From: Candidatus Bathyarchaeota archaeon
Lineage (GTDB): Archaea > Thermoproteota > Bathyarchaeia > Bathyarchaeales > Bathycorpusculaceae
DNA length: 64,000 bases
Reading direction: 5' to 3'
NCBI GenBank assembly: GCA_963768425.1
Contig: CAVYHV010000014.1
Span: 96,001-160,000, forward strand
Shown here one piece after another: positions 9,851 to 20,491 of this stretch (position 1 is the stretch's first letter; each line of letters begins with the position of its first letter). The position numbers were made by a program, and so were the translations under genes. Below the pieces are notes generated by a model. That model saw nothing but the letters and a program-made list of their open reading frames with translations. It was not told the origin of the DNA and ran no database searches.

Positions 9851-10485
9851 AAAATCGTCATAAGCTTGCGGGTCTGTATCTTGTTGTCTCTCCAATTTTG
9901 CCTGATGAACAACTGTTGATTGCTGTTGAGAAGGCGTTGGACGGAGGAGTTGACATTCTGCAGTTTTCAGCTAGCAAAGAGAGTGTGGAGATGAGTATTT
10001 TAGCGAATGGACTTTCCGGTTTAGCAAGAAAGCATGGAATCCCGTTTATTGTTAACAATAACTTGGAGTTAGCTAGAGAAGTTAAAGCGGAGGGTGTTCA
10101 CTTGGACACTTTTGAGGTTTTTCCGGCCGAAGTTCGATCCCTACTCGGGGACGAATCAATAGTTGGTTACACTGTGAACTTTAATTTAGAAAAAACCAAA
10201 TTGGCGGAAAAAGTAAACGCAGATTACGTATCATTTTGCTCAGTTTTTCACCAATGCCCCGGTAACCAATGCCCAATAGTGCCAATTGACAAAATAAAAG
10301 AGGTAACATCAAGCACAAAGCTTTCGGTCTTCGCTGCAGGCGGAATAAACCTTGAAAACATCCTTTTGGTTCTTCAAGCGGGAGTCGACGGAGTTGCAGT
10401 AACAACTGCCATCCTTAAATCAAAAGACCCCCAGCAGACCGCGAAAGACCTCAAACAAGTTATAACTGAATATGGAAAAAATTAG
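9847..10485 (+). CDS. thiE: thiamine-phosphate synthase
   Basis: GLYLV, GGVDILQ, FIVNN, GVHL, AAGGI, GVDGVAV; ATGA overlap with previous gene. Confidence 0.88.
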   Translation: MKNRHKLAGLYLVVSPILPDEQLLIAVEKALDGGVDILQFSASKESVEMSILANGLSGLARKHGIPFIVNNNLELAREVKAEGVHLDTFEVFPAEVRSLLGDESIVGYTVNFNLEKTKLAEKVNADYVSFCSVFHQCPGNQCPIVPIDKIKEVTSSTKLSVFAAGGINLENILLVLQAGVDGVAVTTAILKSKDPQQTAKDLKQVITEYGKN

Positions 10486-10510
10486 TTTGAAAAGATTGCT
10501 CAGTGCGTAT

Positions 10511-11389
10511 TTATTTTTTAAGCTCGGACAGAACAAAGTTGACTATCTCTTCGGCTATGTTGATTTTGGCAACCACCTGCAGACCCTTCCAGCCTGGCTG
10601 ACTATTCACATCTACGATTCGCGGTCCATCAGGTCCTTCAAGGATGTCTACTCCAGCAATTTTGCAACCCACAGCTCGTGCTGACTTTATGGCTAAGTCT
10701 TCGAATTCCTTGCTGATTTCAGCCGGTGCAGGTTTGGCTCCTCTGCTGTAATTGGTTTTCCAGCCTTCTGCCACACGCCTCATAGATGAAACGACTTGGT
10801 CGCCAATTACGAAAGCTCGTATGTCAGAGTGCCCGTGGGGTACGAATTCCTGCATGTAAATGACTCCGTGGTGGAAGGTGATGGCTTTGAAAATGGTGTC
10901 GGCGATGTCTATGTCGTTTATCCGTGTTGCGCCTTGTCCGCGTGATCCAAAAATCGGTTTAACCACTATGTCGCCGCCCAACTCATCGAATGCTTTTAGG
11001 GCTTCGTTAACGCTTTCCGTGGCTAAAGTGCGTGGGACTGGAACCCCGATGTCCTCCAGGAGCGCAAGGATGTCGTATTTGTCTACACAATGCTCTATAG
11101 CTGTTGGCGGGTTGACCATGTAGAAGCCTTGGCGTTCAAGCTTGTAGAGCATGTCCATTCGGAAAACGAGTTCTTCTAGTGAGCCGCGTCCGATGGGTCG
11201 GATGATGAGTGCGTCTAAATCATCCAGCAGGCTTGTGTTGTTGGCTTTGAAGTATGGTTTGTACGCGAGCCTTGCGACGAGCCGTGGAAAAGTGAAGCAT
11301 TCATACTGGATGCCTCGCTTAATTAATGCTTCCCGAACTTGGCTGCTGCTCCATGCTTCCGGGTTCCGAGTCATTATCCCAAATTTCAA
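10511..11389 (-). CDS. RimK-family ATP-grasp alpha-L-glutamate ligase (MptN/CofF-like)
   Basis: VVKPIFGSRG, QEFV, DIRAFV, WKTNYSRG, AGVDIL..VNSQPGW. Confidence 0.9.
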   Translation of the reverse strand: MKFGIMTRNPEAWSSSQVREALIKRGIQYECFTFPRLVARLAYKPYFKANNTSLLDDLDALIIRPIGRGSLEELVFRMDMLYKLERQGFYMVNPPTAIEHCVDKYDILALLEDIGVPVPRTLATESVNEALKAFDELGGDIVVKPIFGSRGQGATRINDIDIADTIFKAITFHHGVIYMQEFVPHGHSDIRAFVIGDQVVSSMRRVAEGWKTNYSRGAKPAPAEISKEFEDLAIKSARAVGCKIAGVDILEGPDGPRIVDVNSQPGWKGLQVVAKINIAEEIVNFVLSELKK

Positions 11390-11477
11390 TGTAAATCTAA
11401 TCCTTATTTAGCTCTACTGAAAATGCTAAATGCCTTGCGCTCTTAAAGTTTCTGTGACCAAAGTCGGAAGAACACAG

Positions 11478-11978
11478 TTAATTGCCAAACTTGTCGTGGA
11501 AAAAAAGGCTGATCTTTTCTTTGTTCAAGCCGATCAAGTCGCCTATAAATGCACCTGAAGTCATGCAGATAATCAGGGTTGTTATGGCAAAGAAATAGTC
11601 TCCAACCGAACCAGCAAGTGTCGTCCAAAGACCTGTTAGCTGTGAAAGAAGGATGATTGCTGCCCATATTCCAAAGCCGAGGATGCAGGCTCCGATAAAA
11701 AGAAATGTGGCCCTGTCCGAGTTTTTCAGCAGGGATGGTTTGAATCTCAGGTAGTATGCAAAACCTATGATGAACAGAACGCTTGCCAGTAAAAGACCGA
11801 TTCCAGCTAAGACAACTTTCATCAGGTACCCATAAACTGAGCCGAAAACAACCATCATTAAAGTTAGTGTTAACCAGTAGGTTTTGCTTGACGTGATGCT
11901 TACATGTTTAGGTGCAAGCTTGTTTTTAGATTTCAACTTGACTTTTTTAGGCTGTTTCTTTGGGTAATTTTTTGTCAT
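11478..11978 (-). CDS. hypothetical membrane protein (about 4 TM)
   Basis: 166-aa ORF with basic N-terminus followed by hydrophobic helices. Confidence 0.7.
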   Translation of the reverse strand: MTKNYPKKQPKKVKLKSKNKLAPKHVSITSSKTYWLTLTLMMVVFGSVYGYLMKVVLAGIGLLLASVLFIIGFAYYLRFKPSLLKNSDRATFLFIGACILGFGIWAAIILLSQLTGLWTTLAGSVGDYFFAITTLIICMTSGAFIGDLIGLNKEKISLFFHDKFGN

Positions 11979-12308
11979 TGACTTTAAGTCAACTATTTGA
12001 TAGCTTATTAATTTTTCAAAATAAAGGGTACTTTTTCAGGGTAAACTTCCCTTTACGCACTATACACTGAATTGCCCAGGCGTTCCAACATTTTTTATAA
12101 CAAAAGTTAGCTAATGTTCTTAACACTTCTACTTTGCAACTGATAAGTTGTCACAACAAACTCCGCTCTCGAGATCAACATTCCTTAACCGCAGCATCCA
12201 ACGGCTATTGCTTTGGCGGCATTATTTGTTGATAATGAACGGGAACAATGAAATAAACGTCCATTCGATATCCACGTAGTTTTCCTTTTGGACTAATTTG
12301 CCTTCTCA

Positions 12309-14267
12309 CTATTTTACGCGTTCAAGTCGCAGAGAATTAAGCAAAAGAAGCATCGTGACTCCATCATCGCCTGCAATAACGGTTGCAAGCAATCCAGTCA
12401 CTCCGAGGACGCCTAATGCTCCTAAAATGAGTTTTATTACTAGGGAAGCGGCTATGTTTTGTCTGGCTATCCCCATTGTTTTGTCGCTGAGCCCAATCAA
12501 GTATGGGATTTGGGCCAGCTCGTCTTTTACCAGCACAATGTCCGCTGATTCCAACGCAACGTCGACCCCGGCTGCTCCCATTGCTATGCCGACGTCTGAA
12601 ACGGCCAGTGCGGGAGCATCGTTGACTCCGTCGCCGACCATCGCCACAAGCCCGTCTTTTCCCTTCATTTCCTCGATGCACTTGAGTTTGTCCTCAGGAA
12701 ACAGCTCAGCGTACACTTCGTCGATTTTCAGGGTTGCCCCAGTTTCTTTGGCGATTTCCGTTCGGTCGCCAGTAAGCATCGCTGTTTTTATGCCTTTTTT
12801 CTTTAAGTCGCTAACGGCTTTTAATGCATCTTCCCGCACCTGATCGATTACGCAGACCGTAGCTAACCCTTCTTTTCCGACGGCGACGCAGACTGAAGTA
12901 TGGGTGTCCGCCTCGTCTATTGCCATGGCTTCTTCGCAGTTACAGTCAAATTGTTTCATGAGTTCTGGGTTTCCGACTGCTACAAAGTTGCCGTTGACGC
13001 TTCCGATTATACCTTTGCCAGCGACCTCTGTGACGTCTGTGACTTTGTACTTGCTAAGGTCTATACCTCGCTCTGTTGCACGCCTCACTATGGCTTGGGC
13101 GACGGGATGATTAGAGAATTGGTCAAGCGCAGCTGCAAGTGCCAACGCTTCCAGCTCGGTTCTATGCGCCAGTCTAACTTCGTGGACAGAGGGTCTTCCC
13201 AGCGTTAAAGTTCCGGTTTTGTCGAAGACTACCCGTTTGACTTTGGCGAGTTTTTCCACGTAGATTCCGCCTTTGATGAGTACACCTCTTCGGGCAGCAA
13301 TAGTAATTGCTACGAAGACGGTTGCGGGAACCGAGATTATAAAGGCGCTTGGGCAAGAAACCACGATGAGGATAAGAGATCGGTAAAGCCAAGTGTTGAA
13401 GGACGCGTTGAAAACCAGTGTCGGCACCACAGCGGTTACTGCCGCAATTGCGATGACAATTGGAACGTAAATTTTTGCGAATCGGTCAACAAGCTTTTCT
13501 ATGGATGCCTTCCTCTTGCCGGATTCGGATACAAGGACCATGATTCTTGAAACAAGGGTTTCGCTTGCCTTTTTAGTAACCGCGATTTTTAGGACGCCGC
13601 TCATGTTTAAGGTGCCAGCGTAGACGCAATCATCGATTTTTTTGGTAACGGGTACGGATTCACCTGTTACCAGTGCTTGGTCCACATGCGAAAAACCTTC
13701 TGTCACGTTTCCGTCTAAGGGGATGCGTTCGCCGGGTCTTACCAGCAGGATCATGTTGGGTTGGACTTCGTTGACGCCGACGGTTTTTTCGGATCCGTCT
13801 ACTATGATTCGGGCGCGGTCAGGCATAAACTTTGACAGTTTTTCCACCGTTCGTCGTGCCCTGTCTTCGATGTAACCTTCAAGGTATTCGGCGATGGAGT
13901 AAAGAAAAAGCACTGTTGCTGCTTCAAAAAATGCGTGCAAATATAGGGCGCCAAGAGCCGCAACTGCCATTAGGAATTCCACGGAGAACCTTTTTTCCAC
14001 AAAAAGTTCTTTCAGTCCGACAAGGCCAATGTAGATTGAGGCGAAGAGAACTACGACGTAGTAGAGTATGATGCTTAAGCTGGCTTTGACACTAACGAGG
14101 GGGATTGTGAAGTTAAGGGGCACACCTTTGAAGATAAGATCTAGCAAGCCGCCTATGGTTATGGTTATGCCCAACAGAACGGCGAAAGTAACAATCACTT
14201 GTTTGCTCTTGGGTTGTACCTCTTTTTGCTCCTGTTTTTCAACGCAGGTTTTATCCTCAAAAGTCAT
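12309..14267 (-). CDS. P1B-type heavy-metal ATPase (ZntA/CadA-like)
   Basis: TGES, SCPS, DKTGT, HP, GDGVNDAPAL. Confidence 0.93.
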   Translation of the reverse strand: MTFEDKTCVEKQEQKEVQPKSKQVIVTFAVLLGITITIGGLLDLIFKGVPLNFTIPLVSVKASLSIILYYVVVLFASIYIGLVGLKELFVEKRFSVEFLMAVAALGALYLHAFFEAATVLFLYSIAEYLEGYIEDRARRTVEKLSKFMPDRARIIVDGSEKTVGVNEVQPNMILLVRPGERIPLDGNVTEGFSHVDQALVTGESVPVTKKIDDCVYAGTLNMSGVLKIAVTKKASETLVSRIMVLVSESGKRKASIEKLVDRFAKIYVPIVIAIAAVTAVVPTLVFNASFNTWLYRSLILIVVSCPSAFIISVPATVFVAITIAARRGVLIKGGIYVEKLAKVKRVVFDKTGTLTLGRPSVHEVRLAHRTELEALALAAALDQFSNHPVAQAIVRRATERGIDLSKYKVTDVTEVAGKGIIGSVNGNFVAVGNPELMKQFDCNCEEAMAIDEADTHTSVCVAVGKEGLATVCVIDQVREDALKAVSDLKKKGIKTAMLTGDRTEIAKETGATLKIDEVYAELFPEDKLKCIEEMKGKDGLVAMVGDGVNDAPALAVSDVGIAMGAAGVDVALESADIVLVKDELAQIPYLIGLSDKTMGIARQNIAASLVIKLILGALGVLGVTGLLATVIAGDDGVTMLLLLNSLRLERVK

Positions 14268-14350
14268 CGTTTACCAATAAAAAGAAAAACAAAGAGCAAA
14301 TATTAAGATGCTTGTGAAAAAAACGGTGCTTCTTAATAAAACACCTGCAG

Positions 14351-15336
14351 TTAAGGAAGGAATTGCTGGTAAACTGGGTGCGCTTTGAATCGCAAAGTAG
14401 TTTCTGATCGCTCTATGGTTCCGCTTGGCAAACGCATGCAAATTGAGTTAACAACCGCGCCGTCAGGAAGGATTCTAACACCGTCTAAGAGTTCGCCTTT
14501 CGTGACACCAGAAGCGGCAAACACCAGTTCTTTGCCTTTTGCTAATTCATCCTGATTGTATGTTTTTTTCACGTTAACGCCTGTTTTTCTTAAGCGGTCT
14601 AGGCGTTCGGCGTCGTCTTTTTTGTCCTGCCAGACTTTGGCAAGCATAGTCCCGCCCAAAATTTTTACGGCTGTCGCAGCGATCGTTGCTTCAGGTCCCG
14701 CGCCTGCCCCTATTAGCATGTCTACTCCACTATTCGGCTGACAACATACAACAGCGGCTGCAATGTCACCGTCTGGGATAAGCAATATACGCACACCAAG
14801 TTTTCGGAGTTTAGCAAGGATTTCGTTGTGTCGTTCGCGCTCAAGCATAATGACGGTGAATTTTGCCAGAGGCAAGCCTTTTTCTTTGGCCACTGTTCGT
14901 ACGAGTTCTTCAATGGACATCTCCATGGATATTTTTCCCATCGCGCAACTGTCCGCGGCGATTTTGAAGTAGTAACCATCGTCGGGTAAAACTTGGAAGC
15001 ATCCTGCGGGTGCGCAAGCCAATGCGGAGATCGCGTCTTTTCTGCCTTTGCTTGCTGCTGTTGTACCGTCAACTGGATCAACGATAAATTCAACTTTGGG
15101 TCCCAGCCTGTTCCCACTTTTTCGCGTCTTTCAAACGAGGGCGCGTGGTCTTTGGGTCCTTCACAGCAGATTACTTCGCCTTCTACATCTGTTTGAGCAA
15201 GGACAGCTCGTGAAAACTCCACGGCCTTCGCGTCAATTAAATCGCAGTCGCCTTGACCGACATGCAAAGCCGCACCGACGGCGGCTGCAACGGTTATTCT
15301 TGTTAAAGATGGGGCTAAAGCTCTAAGAGAAACCAT
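14351..15336 (-). CDS. glpX: fructose-1,6-bisphosphatase class II (1-nt frameshift near 15107)
   Basis: N-terminal ORF (CEG.KD.AP...EKVGTG) joins the DPVDGT...DGDI...GPEA...SGVT.GELL frame by adding one base. Confidence 0.85.
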
Positions 15337-15547
15337 GTTTACTCCTCATAGGGTTCTTTGGTTATCTCGTTGACGATTAACCAATATATGTTTTGCTCCA
15401 AAACCGTTTGCTCTAAAGAAGACATTGCAGCGTTTTAGAAGAATTCAAGTTGGAACACGTTTACCTGTTTAGTTCGTTTGCAGTCAAGTAGAGTATTCGA
15501 AACGTTTGGGGCAATCGTTAAATTGCGCTTTTTTGATTGCTTTTTCA

Positions 15548-15967
15548 ATGTCAAACAATCAGGAAATTCGAGGTAACACGCTCAAGGCGTACCTGTACCT
15601 TCTTAAACATGGTCCATGCGAGTTGCGGGAAGTTCAACGGGGACTCGACTTGTCTTCTGCGTCCCTGGCGTCTTATCATCTTGGGAAACTAATTGAAGTC
15701 AACTACGTAAAACAGGATGAGCAAGGAAAATACTTCGCTGTCAAAGACGCATCCGTAAAAGTCCTCGAAGGTTATTCCAAAGTCGGCCCGACACTTGTGC
15801 CGCAACTTTTCTTCTTCTCGCTACTCTTCACCATCTTAGCTGCAGTCTTTTCCTTCGAAGCGATCTACGGCTCAGGTTTCACTTTATGGCTTGTAGTTCT
15901 CAGTGTCACCATGGTTGCTGCATTCTGGTATGAAACCCTAATCCTCTGGCGAAGACTAACAGCTTAA
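15548..15967 (+). CDS. winged-HTH transcriptional regulator with two C-terminal TM helices
   Basis: REVQRGLDLSSASLASYHLGKL HTH followed by two hydrophobic segments. Confidence 0.78.
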   Translation: MSNNQEIRGNTLKAYLYLLKHGPCELREVQRGLDLSSASLASYHLGKLIEVNYVKQDEQGKYFAVKDASVKVLEGYSKVGPTLVPQLFFFSLLFTILAAVFSFEAIYGSGFTLWLVVLSVTMVAAFWYETLILWRRLTA

Positions 15968-16090
15968 CTAAGCGGCTTTCAACGCTTTTTAATCGCATTA
16001 AAGACTTTTGAAAGCGCGTTAAACAGAGCTTAAAGAACTTTAAAAAATATAGGTTATTATCGTAACTTGCTTACTCTTCCTCGATGAAAA

Positions 16091-17373
16091 ATGACTTCAA
16101 AATGGACTACAAAATATGGCTTAGCAGCAGTGCTTACAGCAGTTCTAGTAATATCCATTGCGTTTTTCGCTAACCCAAGCCTTGTGCCAAAGCAAGCTTC
16201 AGGGCAAACATCACTTGCAGTACTGCTCACTGACCCGCCTGTTGTGCCTGCTGGAACAACTGTGCTTAACCTGACTTACTCCGACATTTCATTACACGTC
16301 ACATATACCAACGGAACTTCGCAATGGCTTTCGGTGGGAACATCAGGAAGCGTAAACTCGTTCGAACTGATTAACATGACCAAAACTATCGCTTCTACAA
16401 CTATCCCAACTAACACTACCGTAGACAAAATCCAGTTCAATATAGAAAACGTTTCCGCAGTGATTAACGGTGTAACCTACAATGTGACTACACTCTCCAG
16501 CACCCTTGTAATGTCAGTTGCTAACAGCAGAGTTAACCAAACCCTCTCTGGCGTACTAGTGGATTTCAACCCCACACTCATTGAGATACAATCAGTTGAC
16601 GCAAACGGAAACCCAGTTAACTATTACGTGCTTGCTCCAAGCGCAACCGCTGCAGTCGTCGGCAGTTTGGACCAGTCCCAAGTTAGAGTTGGAACAATCG
16701 TAAAAATAGGTCAAAACGGCAGGGCGAGAATGGAACGCGTTGTTCAAGATTTCAGCCAGAGCCTTTCAATAACCGCTGCATCGCTTTCAGTCAAAGGCAA
16801 CACGACAAGCCTTTCAGTAACCCTCACAAACAACGGAGAGGTAACCTTCAGAGTCTTCGGCTTAATGCTCCAAGGCGACTTCAACTCAACACTGAACTGG
16901 GCACCGCAATTCCAAATGCCGAATCCCAACTCAAGCACTATTCCATTCCAAATCAACAACACCGATTTGGTTCCGCTTTTTGGGCCAAGCTTCGGAATGC
17001 ACCCATGATACCGCAAAATGTTCGACCTATGCCAATAACGCAGGCAGCGACTTTAGTGCAGCCACTTGACATGAGAATGGGTCAAAGTATCCAAAACGCA
17101 GGTCCTGATATAGGTGGAATGGGCATGGGCAGACAACCCTTTGGTCCCCAAGGAGGGCACGATGACAGAACAGGAGCCGCAGCTTCTTCGTATCTTGCTC
17201 TACAGCCCGGACAAACAGTCACTTTGACTTTCAGTGGCGTCATCGGCCTCCAACATGGACAAAACTTCAACGTTAGACCAGGGTTGACAATGACACCGTT
17301 ATTGGGAAACACCTACACGATACAGCTTACAGGCGAAGGTTTCCAAACCTACACGGTAACCGCAACAGCTTAA
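16091..17373 (+). CDS. membrane-anchored surface protein, DUF4382-like N-domain plus Ig-like C-domain; probably one gene split near 17003
   Basis: Signal/TM segment, LLTDPP motif, many N-x-S/T sequons; ORFs 16091..17008 and 17005..17373 together complete one beta-sandwich. Confidence 0.65.
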
Positions 17374-17452
17374 ACAAAAGAAAATCGCCTATCTCTAACT
17401 TTTTTGTTTTTTTCAAAACGTATAGCGGTCTTAATTCCTAAAATATTTTGGC

Positions 17453-18091
17453 CTAAAAAAAGCAGGGAATATACTCCCTAACCCTAAACTCTACGCCCAA
17501 ACCATCCGCCAACGCCTTCGCCTCCGACACATCTACTTCAGGCATCCTTATTGCCGTAGCCTCAACCTGCAAAACCGGCTTAGCGTTCCGAATAAACTCA
17601 ATAACTGCCTCGTACGCGCCATCGAAAGTCGGCTTACAAATCTGATTATATGTTTCCTTGTCTCCGGCGTTCAAGCTCACGCTTACTTTGTCAACACCCG
17701 CTGCTAGCAACTCGGCCACCAGATTTCTACACGGATTGAGCAAGTAGCCGTGCCCGTTTGTGTTTACCCGAACTTTTATTGGCCTACCGTAATGCTGTCT
17801 AACCCACGTTGCGAGTCCCAACAAAACATCAAGCCGCTCCGTCGGCTCACCGAACCCGCAGAAAACCACCTCAACCCAGTTCCGCATACCCAAAACCCCT
17901 TCAAGCTCAACTATGATTTGGCCAAGGCTAGGTTCCTCGGCGAATTTTAGGTTGAAGCCGCCAACACCACACTTAAAATTCCTAAGGCAGAAAAAGCAGC
18001 CGTTAGAGCAGCGGTTTGTGATATTCAAGTAAAGCTTATTCTCCAGCCAATATACAGCTTTGGGTTTTTCGTCTTTAGCCATCATTTCCAC
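17453..18091 (-). CDS. TatD-associated radical SAM protein
   Basis: LYLNITNRCSNGCFFC, VVFCGFGEPT, NTNGHG. Confidence 0.88.
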   Translation of the reverse strand: MEMMAKDEKPKAVYWLENKLYLNITNRCSNGCFFCLRNFKCGVGGFNLKFAEEPSLGQIIVELEGVLGMRNWVEVVFCGFGEPTERLDVLLGLATWVRQHYGRPIKVRVNTNGHGYLLNPCRNLVAELLAAGVDKVSVSLNAGDKETYNQICKPTFDGAYEAVIEFIRNAKPVLQVEATAIRMPEVDVSEAKALADGLGVEFRVREYIPCFF

Positions 18092-18117
18092 GTTTGTCTC
18101 TGAGTCGATTTCTACGT

Positions 18118-18405
18118 TTAGCCGCCTGTCATAAGCGACATTATGATTACGTTGTCCCCGTTTTTCAGTGGGGTGTTGACGCCCTGAAGCTGGTCCATTA
18201 AGACGCCGTTAACCATCGTTACGAAGGTTTGCTTCATTTCTTTTTTGGTTGGGTCATAAACTTCTTGTGTGAATGGTTTTCCGTATTTTTCGGCGACGAC
18301 ACAGAGCAGCTCCGAGAGGGGAAAAGCTTCAGCTAAGTCAAATTCATCTTGGCTTGTTCTTGTGAAGCTTTTGACTAGGCTCAGATAGTGAACTTTTACT
18401 TTCAT
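18118..18405 (-). CDS. MoaD/ThiS (SAMP) ubiquitin-like sulfur carrier
   Basis: VNG..L.NGD and C-terminal GG; divergent from AOR. Confidence 0.88.
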   Translation of the reverse strand: MKVKVHYLSLVKSFTRTSQDEFDLAEAFPLSELLCVVAEKYGKPFTQEVYDPTKKEMKQTFVTMVNGVLMDQLQGVNTPLKNGDNVIIMSLMTGG

Positions 18406-18502
18406 TTTTGACTCACTGTTAACTGAATTATGGATTGATTGTGGCGACTCATATGTTTTTTCTGCCTAAACTCGCTTTTTTTCCTGCGCGAATGTGAAAA
18501 GT

Positions 18503-18526
18503 CGTTATGTCTACCAGTTCATGACG
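18503..18526. promoter_or_regulatory. putative ModE-family operator between moaD and aor
   Basis: CGTTATG-N10-CATGACG, same architecture as the site at 53113-53136. Confidence 0.65.
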
Positions 18527-18632
18527 GCGACTTTAAAGCAACTATTTAAGTCATAGATTTCAAAATTAAAACCCATTAACTTAATATACTGTTCACAGGA
18601 GTAATTAGCTAAATTTAACGGAGGAACATTGG

Positions 18633-20489
18633 TTGCTCGGTTACGCAGGAAAGATTCTACGCGTGAATTTATCTACAGGCAAAATAGCTGTGGAAAAACT
18701 AGACGAGGAAACCGCCAAGAAATACATCGGTGGCATTGGCTTAGGCATGAAACTTTGGCTAGCCAACTCAAAAGCAGGAGTGGATGCATTTAGCCCTGAA
18801 AACCCGCTGGTTCTAGCAGTTGGACCAGTCTCAGCAACGATGTTCCCAACAGGCGGAAACGGGCACGCATTCATTTCAAAGTCACCTGAAACAGGCGCGG
18901 TCGGCGAAGCAGTGAGCCACGGTACCTTTGGGGCAGAAATAAAAAGAGCCGGCTACGACGCCATAATTTTAGTCGGGAAAGCCGAAAGACCCTCATATCT
19001 CTGGATTGACGATGAATCAGTGCAGCTGCTTGACGCAGAAAAAATCTGGGGTAAATCACCCGCTGAAACCGAAGATGCAGTTAAAGATGAACTTGGCGAC
19101 TACTATGTGCGCGTTGCATCAATAGGGTTGGCCAGGGGAAAAACAGTCTAAAATTGCCAACATAATTAATGAGAAAACCCGTGCAGCAGGGAGAACGGGG
19201 CTCGGCGCAGTTATGGGTTCAAAGAACCTTAAAGCGTTCGCTGTCCGTGGAACCAAAGACATCGTTGTAGCTAAACCCGAAGAATTTATTGAAATGGTCA
19301 AAGAGTTTCATGAAAGAATGAAGGGTCCAGCGGCACAAAAATATCGAACTTTGGGGTCGGCAGAAAACGTCATGATCCAAAACGCACTACACTGTTTGCC
19401 CACTCGCAACTACAACAACTCGTATTTTGACCACGCTGAAAGAGTAAGCGGTGAAATCCTTAACGAACGTTACATTGCAAAAATAATCGCTTGCAACTCG
19501 TGCGCAATGCGGTGCGAACATGAAGCGGTTATCCACGATGGACCCTACAAGGGAACAATGGCACGCATGGAGTACGATAACATTTGGGCTCTTGGCCGAA
19601 TTGCGGCGTGGATAAACTTGATGCAATAATCAAAGCGGCTGATCTGTGCAGCTACTACGGTTTAGATGCGACAAGCACAGGCGTTACGATTAGCTTCGTT
19701 ATGGATTGCCATGAAAAAGGCATCTTAACGCACGATGAACTCGGCGGAATAGATGCTCACTTCGGAAACGAAGTGGCACTACTGCAGCTTATCGAGAAAA
19801 TAGGCAAACGAGAGGGAATAGGCGAAATCTTGGCTGACGGAGTGAAAGTAGCCGCAGCGAAAATCGGAAAAGACTCAGACAAGCTTGCCCAAAACATCAA
19901 AGGATTAGAAGTCACAGGCTACGATTTACGATGCCTAAAAACCGCGGCTTTGGGATTTGCAGTTTCATTCCGTGGAGCTGACCACAATCGAAGCGGCGCA
20001 TACGCGTTTGACATTTCAGGCAAAGTCGACCGCCTTAAAGCTGAAAAAGGCCGAGGCAAACTTGTCAAAGACTCAGAAGACATCTACGCACTAATTGATT
20101 CGCTCATAATCTGCAAGAATGCGAGAGGCACCCTGTTCAAGGAGTTGCCGGACCTGTCGAAGCTTTACAAACTGATAACTGGGTACGAGATGACTACGCA
20201 GGAGTTGAGCCTTGCAGGCGAACGGATAAACACCCTTGCCAGACTAATCAACATCCGAGAAGGATTAAGCCGCAAAGACGACACGCTACCATGGAAAGTT
20301 ATGAACCAACCAATCTCAGACGATGGCCCAGGGAAAGGCTCAGTAGTAACCCAAGAGGAACTTGATCTGCTCCTTGACGACTATTACTTGGCACGCGGCT
20401 GGACATTGGATGGAGTACCAACAAAAGACGTTCTAACCAAGCTTGGATTGGACGATCTATCGGGTATAATTGAAGGAAAAGAGGATTAA
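18633..20489 (+). CDS. aor: tungsten aldehyde:ferredoxin oxidoreductase (frameshifts near 19132 and 19596)
   Basis: GYAGKILRVNLS, SKSP.TG, AAGRTGLGAVMGSKNLKA, C..C...C, EYD, YGLD, YY.ARGW spread over three ORFs. Confidence 0.9.
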
Positions 20490-20491
20490 GA

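Noticed and set aside
17005-17373. Independent 122-aa gene
   Set aside because: No signal peptide; it completes the upstream beta-sandwich with a 1-nt correction (not certain, since an ATGA overlap exists)
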